Translations under genes and position numbers: made by a program
Source of the DNA: Deltaproteobacteria bacterium
Lineage (GTDB): Bacteria > Desulfobacterota > Syntrophia > Syntrophales > JACQWR01
Assembly: GCA_016209105.1 (NCBI GenBank)
Contig: JACQWR010000011.1
Span: 132,216-196,215, forward strand
Length of the DNA: 64,000 nucleotides
Direction: 5' to 3'
In this document: positions 36,601 to 44,551 of the stretch, one piece after another
How the letters are laid out: each line of letters begins with the position of its first letter
Numbering within the stretch: the first letter of the stretch is position 1
Notes under the pieces: generated by a model
Told to the model about the DNA's origin: nothing
Seen by the model: the letters and a program-made list of their open reading frames with translations, nothing else
Databases searched by the model: none

Positions 36601-38049
36601 TTAGTTGCCGTTATGGTTCCGAACAGATATTCCGAGTTTCTTCAGGAGGGCATGAAAATTCGGCCGAAGCATTCCCGTCTCCTCCGCGGCCTTGGTAATG
36701 TTCCAGTTGTTCCTCTCCAAAGCGCTTAAGACAAAAGCTTTTTCTATGTTTTCCACCGCTTGTTCGCGAATTTGACGCTTTGTCTCCTTCAATTCGTCGA
36801 GGTTTTGGGGAACAAAACCAATGGCCTTGAGTTTTTCAGCGGAAAGGGGCAGTTCCAGATCCTGCTTCTGAATAATATCACCCGTACAAAGCACAACCGC
36901 CCGCTCAATGATATTTTCCAACTCGCGCACATTCCCCGGGAAGGGATACTCTTCCAGCAGAGACAATGCCTCCGGATGCACCCCCCGCAGTTCCTTGCCT
37001 GTTTCTTCCGCATATTTCTTCAGGAAGCGACCAATGAGCAGCGGCAGGTCCCCTTTTCTTTCCCGGAGGGGCGGCAATTGAATGGGTATGACGTTGAGAC
37101 GAAAAAAAAGATCCTCCCGGAAACTGCCTTCCGCAACCTGTGTGCGCAGGTTCCTGTTCGTAGCCGCCACCAGACGTATATCTATGGAAATCAACTTCGT
37201 ATCGCCGATCGGCGTAATTACCCGTTCCTGCAGGACACGCAAAAGTTTCGCCTGGGTAGCCAGGCTGATGTTCGCGATCTCATCCAGGAAGAGGGTGCCG
37301 CCGTCGGCCACCTTGAAGAGACCCATTTTGGTCTGGATGGCGCCGGTGAAAGAACCCTTTACGTGCCCAAAAAGCTCGCTCTCCAGCAGGTTTTCGGCCA
37401 GAGAAGTGCAGTCCACCGCAACAAAGGGCTGTTCGCGCCGGTGACTGTTCTTATGAATGGCACGGGCCACCAATTCTTTTCCCGTGCCGCTTTCGCCGCT
37501 GATCAGTACGGTGCTGTCCGTGGGGGCGACCTGGATGATACGATTATATACCTTCTGCATCTCCGGACTTTCCCCCACAAACAAATCAAATCCGTGATGC
37601 TCAATGACCTCTTGCTTCAGATAGATATTTTCCAGGAGCACGGTCTTCTGGGCAATGGCATTTCGGGCCTTTTCACTGATCTGCTCCGCAGTGAAGGGTT
37701 TGGCGATGTAATCGAAGGCGCCGTTTTTCATGGCTTCCACGGCCGTATCAACCGTGGAGTAGCCGGTAATAAGAATGACGGGAACTTCTGGCTGAAGCAC
37801 CTTTATGGCCTTCAGGACCTCGATGCCGTCCATCCCGGGCATTTTCAGGTCCGTGATAACCAGATCAAAGCTCTTCCCCTGTATTGCCTCGATCGCCACA
37901 TAGCCGCTGGCAGAGGTGTCCACAGCGTACCCGTCCGCCTCAAGGATACGGCGCATGCCTTCCCGTATTACGGCTTCGTCATCCACAACCAGGATATTAA
38001 ACCGGTCTCCTGTCTCTGTAACCATTGTTCCGGCAACCCCTTCCGGCAT
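36601..38049 (-). CDS. sigma54-dependent response regulator (REC + AAA+ + HTH), NtrC family
   Basis: REC domain with DLVITDLKMPG, GESGTGKE, VKGSFTGA and a C-terminal HTH. Convergent with the kinase gene. Confidence 0.9.
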   Translation of the reverse strand: MPEGVAGTMVTETGDRFNILVVDDEAVIREGMRRILEADGYAVDTSASGYVAIEAIQGKSFDLVITDLKMPGMDGIEVLKAIKVLQPEVPVILITGYSTVDTAVEAMKNGAFDYIAKPFTAEQISEKARNAIAQKTVLLENIYLKQEVIEHHGFDLFVGESPEMQKVYNRIIQVAPTDSTVLISGESGTGKELVARAIHKNSHRREQPFVAVDCTSLAENLLESELFGHVKGSFTGAIQTKMGLFKVADGGTLFLDEIANISLATQAKLLRVLQERVITPIGDTKLISIDIRLVAATNRNLRTQVAEGSFREDLFFRLNVIPIQLPPLRERKGDLPLLIGRFLKKYAEETGKELRGVHPEALSLLEEYPFPGNVRELENIIERAVVLCTGDIIQKQDLELPLSAEKLKAIGFVPQNLDELKETKRQIREQAVENIEKAFVLSALERNNWNITKAAEETGMLRPNFHALLKKLGISVRNHNGN

Positions 38050-38385
38050 TAGAGTAGAGATCCTCTCCCCCTTAGAGTCGGGATATTAAACGGTACCACT
38101 GGCAGGGGATTTTAGATGAAAGCCACCGATATATCAAGTTAAATCAGCAACCACTCAACCATCATTGTATTATTCATTATTGGCGGCGTATTGCGGTTCC
38201 GGTGGTTTGGAAAAACAAACTTTAGGTGAACCGTAAATCAGAACCTCAGTGCGTTCTTAACCGGCAAGAAAACCGACCCCAAACGTATTTTTTTTCTATA
38301 CACCTTCCTCCTTATGCTAAAGTATTTATTATTAAAGGTATTATAATCCCCCCACCCTGTATCCTCCCCTCTTCGGCCCCGGCTG

Positions 38386-38404
38386 TGTATAGACTTTCTA
38401 TACG
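38386..38404. promoter_or_regulatory. Inverted repeat TGTATA-N7-TATACG, candidate UAS with the same half-sites as 106..124
   Basis: tgtatagactttctatacg lies about 100 bp upstream of the sigma54 promoter candidate at 38501. A looser copy (cgtat-N8-tataca) lies at 38284..38302. Confidence 0.3.
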
Positions 38405-38500
38405 TTTTTCACTCCGCGGGTAATTGGCAGTCCTGGAACTTACAAATATTAACCATGTAATTTCAATAGGTTAAGTTTTATATCCCTATTGTTATCCCCC

Positions 38501-38516
38501 TGGCACAACCTATGCT
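38501..38516 (+). promoter_or_regulatory. sigma54 promoter candidate TGGCAC-N5-ATGCT
   Basis: tggcacaacctatgct, about 70 bp upstream of the ATG at 38585. Confidence 0.5.
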
Positions 38517-38584
38517 TTGTTAAAGAGATAAAAGGAACACAGAACAAAACCATAAATAAACAACACCAAGAAAGGAGGAGAGCC

Positions 38585-38830
38585 ATGAAAACCATCGCAA
38601 GACACATGGTAATGATACTTTCCATAGCTTCCCCGGCACTTGCTGCCAATGGTATCGAACCGGAAGGAAATGGTCTCTTGGTCATCCTTTTTCTGGGCTT
38701 TGGAGCCCTTATCATCGTCTTCCAACTGATCCCCGGGTTGATGCTGTTCGGGTCCATGGTCAAGGGGCTTTTTTGCAAACCCACGAAAACGACGTTTTGG
38801 GCCGGCAGGAAAACGGCTAAAACCAACTGA
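38585..38830 (+). CDS. 81-aa signal-peptide plus single-TM protein, unknown family (paralog of 39312..39557)
   Basis: Strong RBS (aaaggaggagagcc) before ATG at 38585. Signal peptide ending ALA-AN, TM core ALIIVFQLIPGLMLF, basic tail. Confidence 0.55.
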   Translation: MKTIARHMVMILSIASPALAANGIEPEGNGLLVILFLGFGALIIVFQLIPGLMLFGSMVKGLFCKPTKTTFWAGRKTAKTN

Positions 38831-38879
38831 AAACCAAGACACGCCTGGATCTTTGGGAAAGGAGAGCGATAAAGCCATT

Positions 38880-39284
38880 ATGGACCTTCTCATCGCAGAC
38901 AAAGACGTGGACGCCCGCAACCAGATGGCCGATCTTTTTACGGAAGCGGGGTATGATGTCACCGTTGAAAATTCGGCGCTGAATGTATTGTACGACATTC
39001 TGAAAGGAAAAGCCGAGGTGGTCTTGTTGGGGAGTGAGCTGGATGACCTTAAAGCGGGTGATTTGGTGCCCCTTCTAAAAAAATGCAACCGTCACCTGGT
39101 CATCATTCTCGTAGCGGACGATACCCCGCTCCCCCTCATCAGAAAATTCCGCAAGGAGGGAATCTTTTACCACGCCCTGCGGCCCGTTGAACCGGAAGAT
39201 CGGCAAGAAATTCGCGACGTCGTAGAATGCGCCTTCAAAAATCTCCTGAACGCAAAACCACGACGACGCCCAGGATACAACTAA
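38880..39284 (+). CDS. Stand-alone receiver-like (pseudo-receiver) domain protein
   Basis: CheY-like alternating pattern (LLIADKD..., VVLLGSELDD, VIILVADD, ALRPVEP). By eye the phosphoacceptor Asp position reads Gly and the conserved Lys reads Arg. The start is either ATG at 38880 or TTG at 38853. Confidence 0.55.
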   Translation: MDLLIADKDVDARNQMADLFTEAGYDVTVENSALNVLYDILKGKAEVVLLGSELDDLKAGDLVPLLKKCNRHLVIILVADDTPLPLIRKFRKEGIFYHALRPVEPEDRQEIRDVVECAFKNLLNAKPRRRPGYN

Positions 39285-39311
39285 CGGCAACGTTAAACAA
39301 AGGAGTACGCC

Positions 39312-39557
39312 ATGAAAACAACAATAAACAAAACCATGCTCACCTTAATGATTTGGCAGTGCCTGACGATCCCTGCTTATGCAGCCGCCGGCGCCCGGGA
39401 AGACAACAGCAGCATCTTTGTGTGGATTTTCCTCGCCCTCTGCGCCCTGATCATTGTCGGCCAACTTATCCCAGCCCTCCTGGTACTGACCGGTTTTGCC
39501 AAAGGACTTAAAAAGACGGAACCGAAAGAAGCGGCCCCCAAGAATGCTGCCAATTGA
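39312..39557 (+). CDS. 81-aa signal-peptide plus single-TM protein, paralog of 38585..38830
   Basis: RBS aaaggagtacgcc before the ATG. Signal peptide ending AYA-AAG, TM core ALIIVGQLIPALLVL, Lys-rich tail. Same length as its paralog. Confidence 0.55.
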   Translation: MKTTINKTMLTLMIWQCLTIPAYAAAGAREDNSSIFVWIFLALCALIIVGQLIPALLVLTGFAKGLKKTEPKEAAPKNAAN

Positions 39558-39671
39558 ATTCGCTCGCTTGGCATTCCCCGTAGCTTGCTCAAGGGGTAAG
39601 CGAGTGAATGCTGAACAGTATTGTTCCTTAAGAATCGAAGATTCGCCGCAGCAAGCTGCGGAGAGCTTCAA
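39555..39671. repeat. Intergenic repeat family A, full copy in inverted orientation
   Basis: tgaattcgctcgcttggcattccccgtagcttgctcaaggggtaagcgag...ccttaagaatcgaag...ccgcagcaagctgcggagagcttcaa. Starts on the stop codon of the small ORF. Confidence 0.7.
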
Positions 39672-39967
39672 ATAGTTATCCCCAGGGGGAAATAAAGCTC
39701 CCGCTCACCGCTCCGGGGCGCGCCTTGCCTCTCGAAGAATGACAATCTGCAGGCGCCCCCCTCACCCGCCCGCGCGGGGGGACTTGCTTGCACGCGTTCC
39801 CGGTCGGTTTTTCCCGTCTCCCCTGAGCAGGGGAAGGCCATGCGAGGGGAGTTTCTCACCGGAAGGATTATCCCCAGAACGCCGCCGCATGGATATATTT
39901 CCACCGTCCAATAAGCACGTCTGCCGTTTGTTCCCCCTCATACCACACGAAATTCTCAGAGAATCAG

Positions 39968-40075
39968 TTGAAGTTTTTCGCAGTTTACTGTAAAGAATCT
40001 CCGATCCCAACGTAATAGCGCCACGAAGTATTCGCTTGCTTGCACTGCAACTGCGGGGAATGCGCTCACCGCCGC
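39968..40075. repeat. Intergenic repeat family A, diverged direct-orientation copy
   Basis: ttgaagtttttcgcag...aagaatctccgatcccaa...attcgcttgcttgcactgcaactgcggggaatgcgctcaccgcc. Confidence 0.55.
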
Positions 40076-40133
40076 ATCCTCGCACGAACGGGATCAGCCG
40101 AACAATCATAAATATGACAAGGAGGGACATGTT

Positions 40134-41189
40134 TTGAGAGTGCATACCAAGATGCTCATAGTTCTTGTTCTCGCGGTATTCATGGCAGCGACCGAGATAT
40201 CGGCCTCGACCGGGGGAAATTCCCGATGCATTCAATGCCACGGCAATCACGCCATCATAGCAAAAGGGGGTGGACATCTTTACATAGATCCGGCAAAATT
40301 CACCGGTACTACGCATGAAATTATCGGCTGCACGTCTTGTCATGATAAAGTGGGGAAGCGGCATCCTGACGACCGCATTAGGCCGTCACGGGCAAACTGC
40401 AAAGAATGTCACGCAGCAGTATATGAAGAATATGCCCATAGCCTGCATGGCAATAACGCCCGTTGCGCCGACTGCCACAACCCGCATGCGGCAAAACCGT
40501 TGTTGTCCGTGTCTGGACGCGACATTAATGTCCAGTGCGCCAAATGTCACGATGGCGCAAAAACCCTGGCCAGTCACTCCCAATGGCTGCCCCAGGCGGC
40601 GCTGCATATTGACGCCTTGCCCTGCATAACCTGCCATACGGGATCAAAAAATTACGTTATTACCCTCTATATAGAAAAGCGGGAAAAAGACAAACCACAC
40701 CGTGATTTTGAGCCGGCGCGCTATGAGGATCTGGCCAAGCTGTTGCCGGCCGCTAAAAAAACAGGGGCACTGGTGGATAGCAACGAGGACAATTTCATAT
40801 CTCTCGATGAATTGAAAAAATTTAACCGGGGGGCGCGCTACAAAGGTATGCGTCTCTGGGGCATGATGACTCCGGAAGTGGCGACCCACACCTACCAGAT
40901 CCTGGATAACCGTTGGGACTGCACATTCTGTCATGCATCGGGTCCGGAAGCCATGCAAACAAGCTATGTGGCCTTTCCCGATAAGAACGGCACATTCAAC
41001 CGGATACCCGTGGAAAAAGGCGCCATTCTGGACATCCTGTACGGAACCCCGGATTTTTACATGCTGGGTGCCACAAGAAGCGTCACCCTGAATATCATCG
41101 GAGCGATCATCGTGATCGGCGGGCTTCTGGTACCGATTATTCACGGCACGTTCAGGATACTCACCATAAAGAAGAGAAAGGGGCACTGA
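40134..41189 (+). CDS. Membrane-anchored heptaheme c-type cytochrome
   Basis: Signal peptide and seven CXXCH motifs (CIQCH, CTSCH, CKECH, CADCH, CAKCH, CITCH, CTFCH). C-terminal TM helix ([16 protein letters not shown]). TTG start behind AGGAGGG. Confidence 0.8.
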   Translation: MRVHTKMLIVLVLAVFMAATEISASTGGNSRCIQCHGNHAIIAKGGGHLYIDPAKFTGTTHEIIGCTSCHDKVGKRHPDDRIRPSRANCKECHAAVYEEYAHSLHGNNARCADCHNPHAAKPLLSVSGRDINVQCAKCHDGAKTLASHSQWLPQAALHIDALPCITCHTGSKNYVITLYIEKREKDKPHRDFEPARYEDLAKLLPAAKKTGALVDSNEDNFISLDELKKFNRGARYKGMRLWGMMTPEVATHTYQILDNRWDCTFCHASGPEAMQTSYVAFPDKNGTFNRIPVEKGAILDILYGTPDFYMLGATRSVTLNIIGAIIVIGGLLVPIIHGTFRILTIKKRKGH

Positions 41190-41191
41190 TC

Positions 41192-41827
41192 ATGCAACAC
41201 GAAGAGCAAATCTATCTCACCCCCATGCCGGTCAGGATCTGGCACTGGTTGAATGCTTTGGGAATTGTAACGCTCTGCATTACCGGCCTACAGATCAGGT
41301 TCCCGGAGTACGTAAACATATTCGGAACCTACAAGGCGGCCATACGGCTTCACGACACAGCCGGAATAACCGTTTCCATCTCCTACTTTCTCTGGCTGTT
41401 CTACTATATTTTCGTGGGCGGAAACCTGCTGAAAGTGTATTTTCCCAATTTAGACGATATTAAACATGGATTGGTCGTGCAGGCTTTTTTTTACTTCTTT
41501 AATTATTTTCTGGGTAAGCCGAACCCGCATACGGCAACGCCGGACAACAAGTTTAACGCCGTGCAGAAGCTCAGCTATCTGGCGATAATGCTCGCGCTCC
41601 TCCCGCTGGTCATCGTGAGCGGCATCCTGCTCATGAACGTCGCCCCGTTTCGCGGCTGGATCACCATGATCGGCGGGATAAAATTTCTCGTGGGAGCGCA
41701 TTTCCTGATCGCCTGTTCCTTCGTGGCTTTCCTTTTTGTCCACATCTACATGGCAACCATGGGGCATACCCCCTTCGCCCACTTCAAACCCATGTGGACC
41801 GGCTGGGAAAAAGTAACGCATCAATAA
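41192..41827 (+). CDS. Membrane b-type cytochrome (Ni/Fe-hydrogenase / FdnI / PhsC-like cytochrome b family)
   Basis: Four predicted TM helices with conserved His residues (IWHWLNAL, RLHDTAG, GAHFLI, FVHIYMATMGH). Starts 2 nt after the heptaheme gene stop. Confidence 0.8.
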   Translation: MQHEEQIYLTPMPVRIWHWLNALGIVTLCITGLQIRFPEYVNIFGTYKAAIRLHDTAGITVSISYFLWLFYYIFVGGNLLKVYFPNLDDIKHGLVVQAFFYFFNYFLGKPNPHTATPDNKFNAVQKLSYLAIMLALLPLVIVSGILLMNVAPFRGWITMIGGIKFLVGAHFLIACSFVAFLFVHIYMATMGHTPFAHFKPMWTGWEKVTHQ

Positions 41828-41845
41828 TCCATACAGGAGGAAATC

Positions 41846-42607
41846 ATGAAATCCCGCTGGACCCTTCCCATCATCACACTCGCAATTCTTATTCGTTCTG
41901 CGGCATTTGCCGTGGATATCCCGGATGTAACGTTCAAAACCAGAGAAGTAGGCACGGTAATCTTCAGTCACAAGTTTCACATCAAGCAAAAGGGGCTAAA
42001 GGACAACTGCAAGTCCTGCCACAAGGCCATATATGACCTCAGAAAAAAGGTTCCATTTACCATGGCGGACATGAAAAAAGGAAAATCGTGCGGCGCCTGC
42101 CATGACGGGAAAAAAGCATTCGGCATCGCTCAGTGCGTCAGGTGTCACCCGGCGGGCAACGTTATTTTCAAGGTGAAGGAAACCGGTCCGGTGCTCTTTC
42201 GTCACGACAACCACCTCGCCATCTATGCATGCCGCAGCTGCCATACCAAACTGTACGAGGCGGGACCGAACAAAAGAACAACTATGGCACAAATGGAGAA
42301 GGGCAAATCCTGCGGCGCCTGTCACAACGGTAAAAACGCCTTCAGCGCCGGCGAATGCATAAAGTGCCACCCCGTGAAAGAAATCGAGTTCAAGATCAAA
42401 GAGGTGGGAAATGTCACATTCAGTCATACCGCTCACACGGGCATGTATCCCTGCGGCGAATGTCACGACAAACTGTATCTTCCCTCCTCAGGGAACAAGA
42501 GAATATCCATGAGCGATATGGAAAAGGGGAAGTCATGCGGAGCTTGCCATGATGCCGGCAGCGCATTCACGGTCAAGGAGAACTGTGATAAGTGTCACAA
42601 AATGTGA
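41846..42607 (+). CDS. Periplasmic nonaheme cytochrome built from three c7-type triheme repeats
   Basis: Signal peptide and nine CXXCH motifs in three repeats of the pattern V.F.H..H....C..CH......+..M..M.KGKSCGACH.G..AF....C..CH. Confidence 0.85.
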   Translation: MKSRWTLPIITLAILIRSAAFAVDIPDVTFKTREVGTVIFSHKFHIKQKGLKDNCKSCHKAIYDLRKKVPFTMADMKKGKSCGACHDGKKAFGIAQCVRCHPAGNVIFKVKETGPVLFRHDNHLAIYACRSCHTKLYEAGPNKRTTMAQMEKGKSCGACHNGKNAFSAGECIKCHPVKEIEFKIKEVGNVTFSHTAHTGMYPCGECHDKLYLPSSGNKRISMSDMEKGKSCGACHDAGSAFTVKENCDKCHKM

Positions 42608-42717
42608 AGCTTCCCCTCACGGGAAGAGGAGCAGCATCTTTGATAACGCCCTTACGCCCCGCCGGCGGGGCGGGGCCCACGGGGTTGCCCTCCCGGCAAC
42701 TAAAATAGGAGCCGCCC

Positions 42718-43539
42718 ATGCTTAAATCTATCACTGCCAAGGCCATTATACCGGTAACGGTGGCAATCACCGGTTTCGTTATTGTCGGCTGCATTCTCCT
42801 GTATTCGATTATGAAGGCGGACATGATTGCCGATGCCGTTAAGTACGAAACGAACCTGGCAAACACGATCGTAAAATCAACGCGCCATGCCATGTTAAAG
42901 TCCGATCGTGAGACATTGCGAAATATCATTGACAATATCGGCACCCAGGAGGGAGTGGAACATGTAAGAATTTTCAACAAAAAGGGGCTCATCATGTTCT
43001 CAAACAATACCGGTGAGGTAAACCGCTTCGTGGATAAAAAGACTGCCGGCTGTGTGGAATGCCACACGGGGCCCGTGCCATCGGCCACCCTGGGCAATAT
43101 GAAGCAGGCGCGACGATTCGTCAATGAACACGGAGGCGACGTGCTTGCCATAACCGCGCCGATCTACAATGAGCCCGAGTGCTACAATGCCGCCTGCCAT
43201 ATCCATACAGCGGAGCAGAAAATCCTCGGCACGCTCGATATTGGCCTGGATGCGTCACCCTTGTTGAAAAATCTCTCCGTTATGCGCGGCCGAATGGTTG
43301 TTTTCAGCATCATGATCCTGATCTTGACCGTGGGAGGAGTAGCCGCGCTCTTGAAGCGCAGTGTCTTTGATCCCATAAAACGGCTGACCGAGTTTACCGG
43401 GGAGGTGATGGCGGGCAACATCGAGCGAAGCTTTCCGGAAGGAAGCGGCGATATTGAAAGACTTGCGGTAAACTTTCGCGCGATGGCTGCAAAACTGAAC
43501 AGCGCCTCCGAGGAACTGAGAATGCTCAAAGGGAAATAG
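42718..43539 (+). CDS. TM / heme-c-motif periplasmic sensor / TM / HAMP protein with no output domain
   Basis: The periplasmic domain is homologous to that of the kinase at 34955 (CVECH and CYNAACH at equivalent positions). It ends about 50 aa after the HAMP domain, with no HisKA/HATPase/MCP/GGDEF domain. Confidence 0.65.
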   Translation: MLKSITAKAIIPVTVAITGFVIVGCILLYSIMKADMIADAVKYETNLANTIVKSTRHAMLKSDRETLRNIIDNIGTQEGVEHVRIFNKKGLIMFSNNTGEVNRFVDKKTAGCVECHTGPVPSATLGNMKQARRFVNEHGGDVLAITAPIYNEPECYNAACHIHTAEQKILGTLDIGLDASPLLKNLSVMRGRMVVFSIMILILTVGGVAALLKRSVFDPIKRLTEFTGEVMAGNIERSFPEGSGDIERLAVNFRAMAAKLNSASEELRMLKGK

Positions 43540-43637
43540 GCCCCATCGGATAAAAGAGACCAAAGCCCAGATTGCCGGCACAACCCACCCGATTCCTATA
43601 GGACCGTCCCGCGGTAACGTATGCTTCAGCATTTAGC

Positions 43638-43884
43638 GGGTTGCTGAAAAAGCCGTTTTTACCGGCTGCTCAAAAATGTGAAGCTTCCGCCTTCTGAGCG
43701 GGGATTCCCGGCAAGGAAAAGGCCGATTCCTGTTGCACCACCAAATCCCTCCTCACAGCGGGATTTGGTGATGCGCTCCCGGTCTGATCCATGAGGCGTA
43801 CTTGTGCGTACGACGAGTGGCGAAGGAACAGAGCAGCAGACTCCGTCCCCGCGAAGGCGGGGATGGGTATTTTTCAGCAGCCTG
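43638..43884. repeat. Intergenic repeat family B, long variant (~250 bp) with a replaced or inserted internal segment
   Basis: Left end ccggctgctcaaaaa and right end tttttcagcagcctg. The right half (catgaggcgtacttgtgcgtacg...) matches the other B copies. An extra half-end, ttgctgaaaaa, lies at 43641. Confidence 0.6.
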
Positions 43885-43894
43885 TTAGGAAACT

Positions 43895-44437
43895 ATGAAC
43901 GAGACGACTACTACGCCACCGCCGGAAGGGCAGGAAGCCGATCACGACAGCACTGAGCGGATGCGTGGGAAAATCAGGGAAACTATCAGGAGGCTTCATG
44001 GCCGGTTTGATAGAATGCTCCTGGCAATCGCAGCGTTTACCCTTCTCAGCATTTTCGCACGGAGAGATTTCGCCCCCTTCCCCTCGCTTCCGGAAACCGT
44101 CAGGGAAGTTCTCGGACACCCTCCCTCGGTAAACATGATCAACTCGGCACTCGTTGTCTACAGCTTTTCGGCCATACTGCTCATACTGGCAAGAATGATG
44201 GGGGGATATGGAAGTTACAGCGGACTGGTGCACGTCGGTTATCTGGCCTCCTTTTACGGTTTCTATCACTTCTCCGGCACGCTGAATGAAAACTTTTGGG
44301 CCGTTTTTGCCGCCGGCACGACGATCCTCTGTCTGGAGGCCTATCATGTCTGGCTTTACTGTGTGGAGGAAATAAAAAAAGAACAGGAAACACTGGAGGA
44401 AATGGAAAGGAAGTGCGGCGCAGAGGAAAAACGGTAA
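43895..44437 (+). CDS. Hypothetical integral membrane protein
   Basis: 180-aa ORF with about three hydrophobic helices, a charged N-terminus and a Glu/Lys-rich C-terminus. No family recognised. Confidence 0.45.
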   Translation: MNETTTTPPPEGQEADHDSTERMRGKIRETIRRLHGRFDRMLLAIAAFTLLSIFARRDFAPFPSLPETVREVLGHPPSVNMINSALVVYSFSAILLILARMMGGYGSYSGLVHVGYLASFYGFYHFSGTLNENFWAVFAAGTTILCLEAYHVWLYCVEEIKKEQETLEEMERKCGAEEKR

Positions 44438-44488
44438 CGCATCTTTTCACGCGGAACTGCGTACAAGATAACAGGAAAGAGGCGATGC

Positions 44489-44533
44489 AAAAAAAGCTTC
44501 CCCCAGCCAGGCAGGGGGAAGCTTTTCTGTTTG
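44489..44533. terminator. Bidirectional rho-independent terminator
   Basis: Perfect 11-bp stem AAGCTTCCCCC / GGGGGAAGCTT, flanked by A7 on the left and TTTTCTGTTT on the right. Lies between convergent genes. Confidence 0.7.
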
Positions 44534-44551
44534 CTTCACCGATAAACGTCG

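Noticed and set aside
39672-40133. c-di-GMP / cGAMP (GEMM-type) riboswitch upstream of the multiheme cytochrome genes, as is common in Geobacter
   Set aside because: I looked for the conserved GEMM-I core (GGCAAACC... and ACGCAAAGC-like segments) and did not find it. The region is instead dominated by family-A repeat copies.
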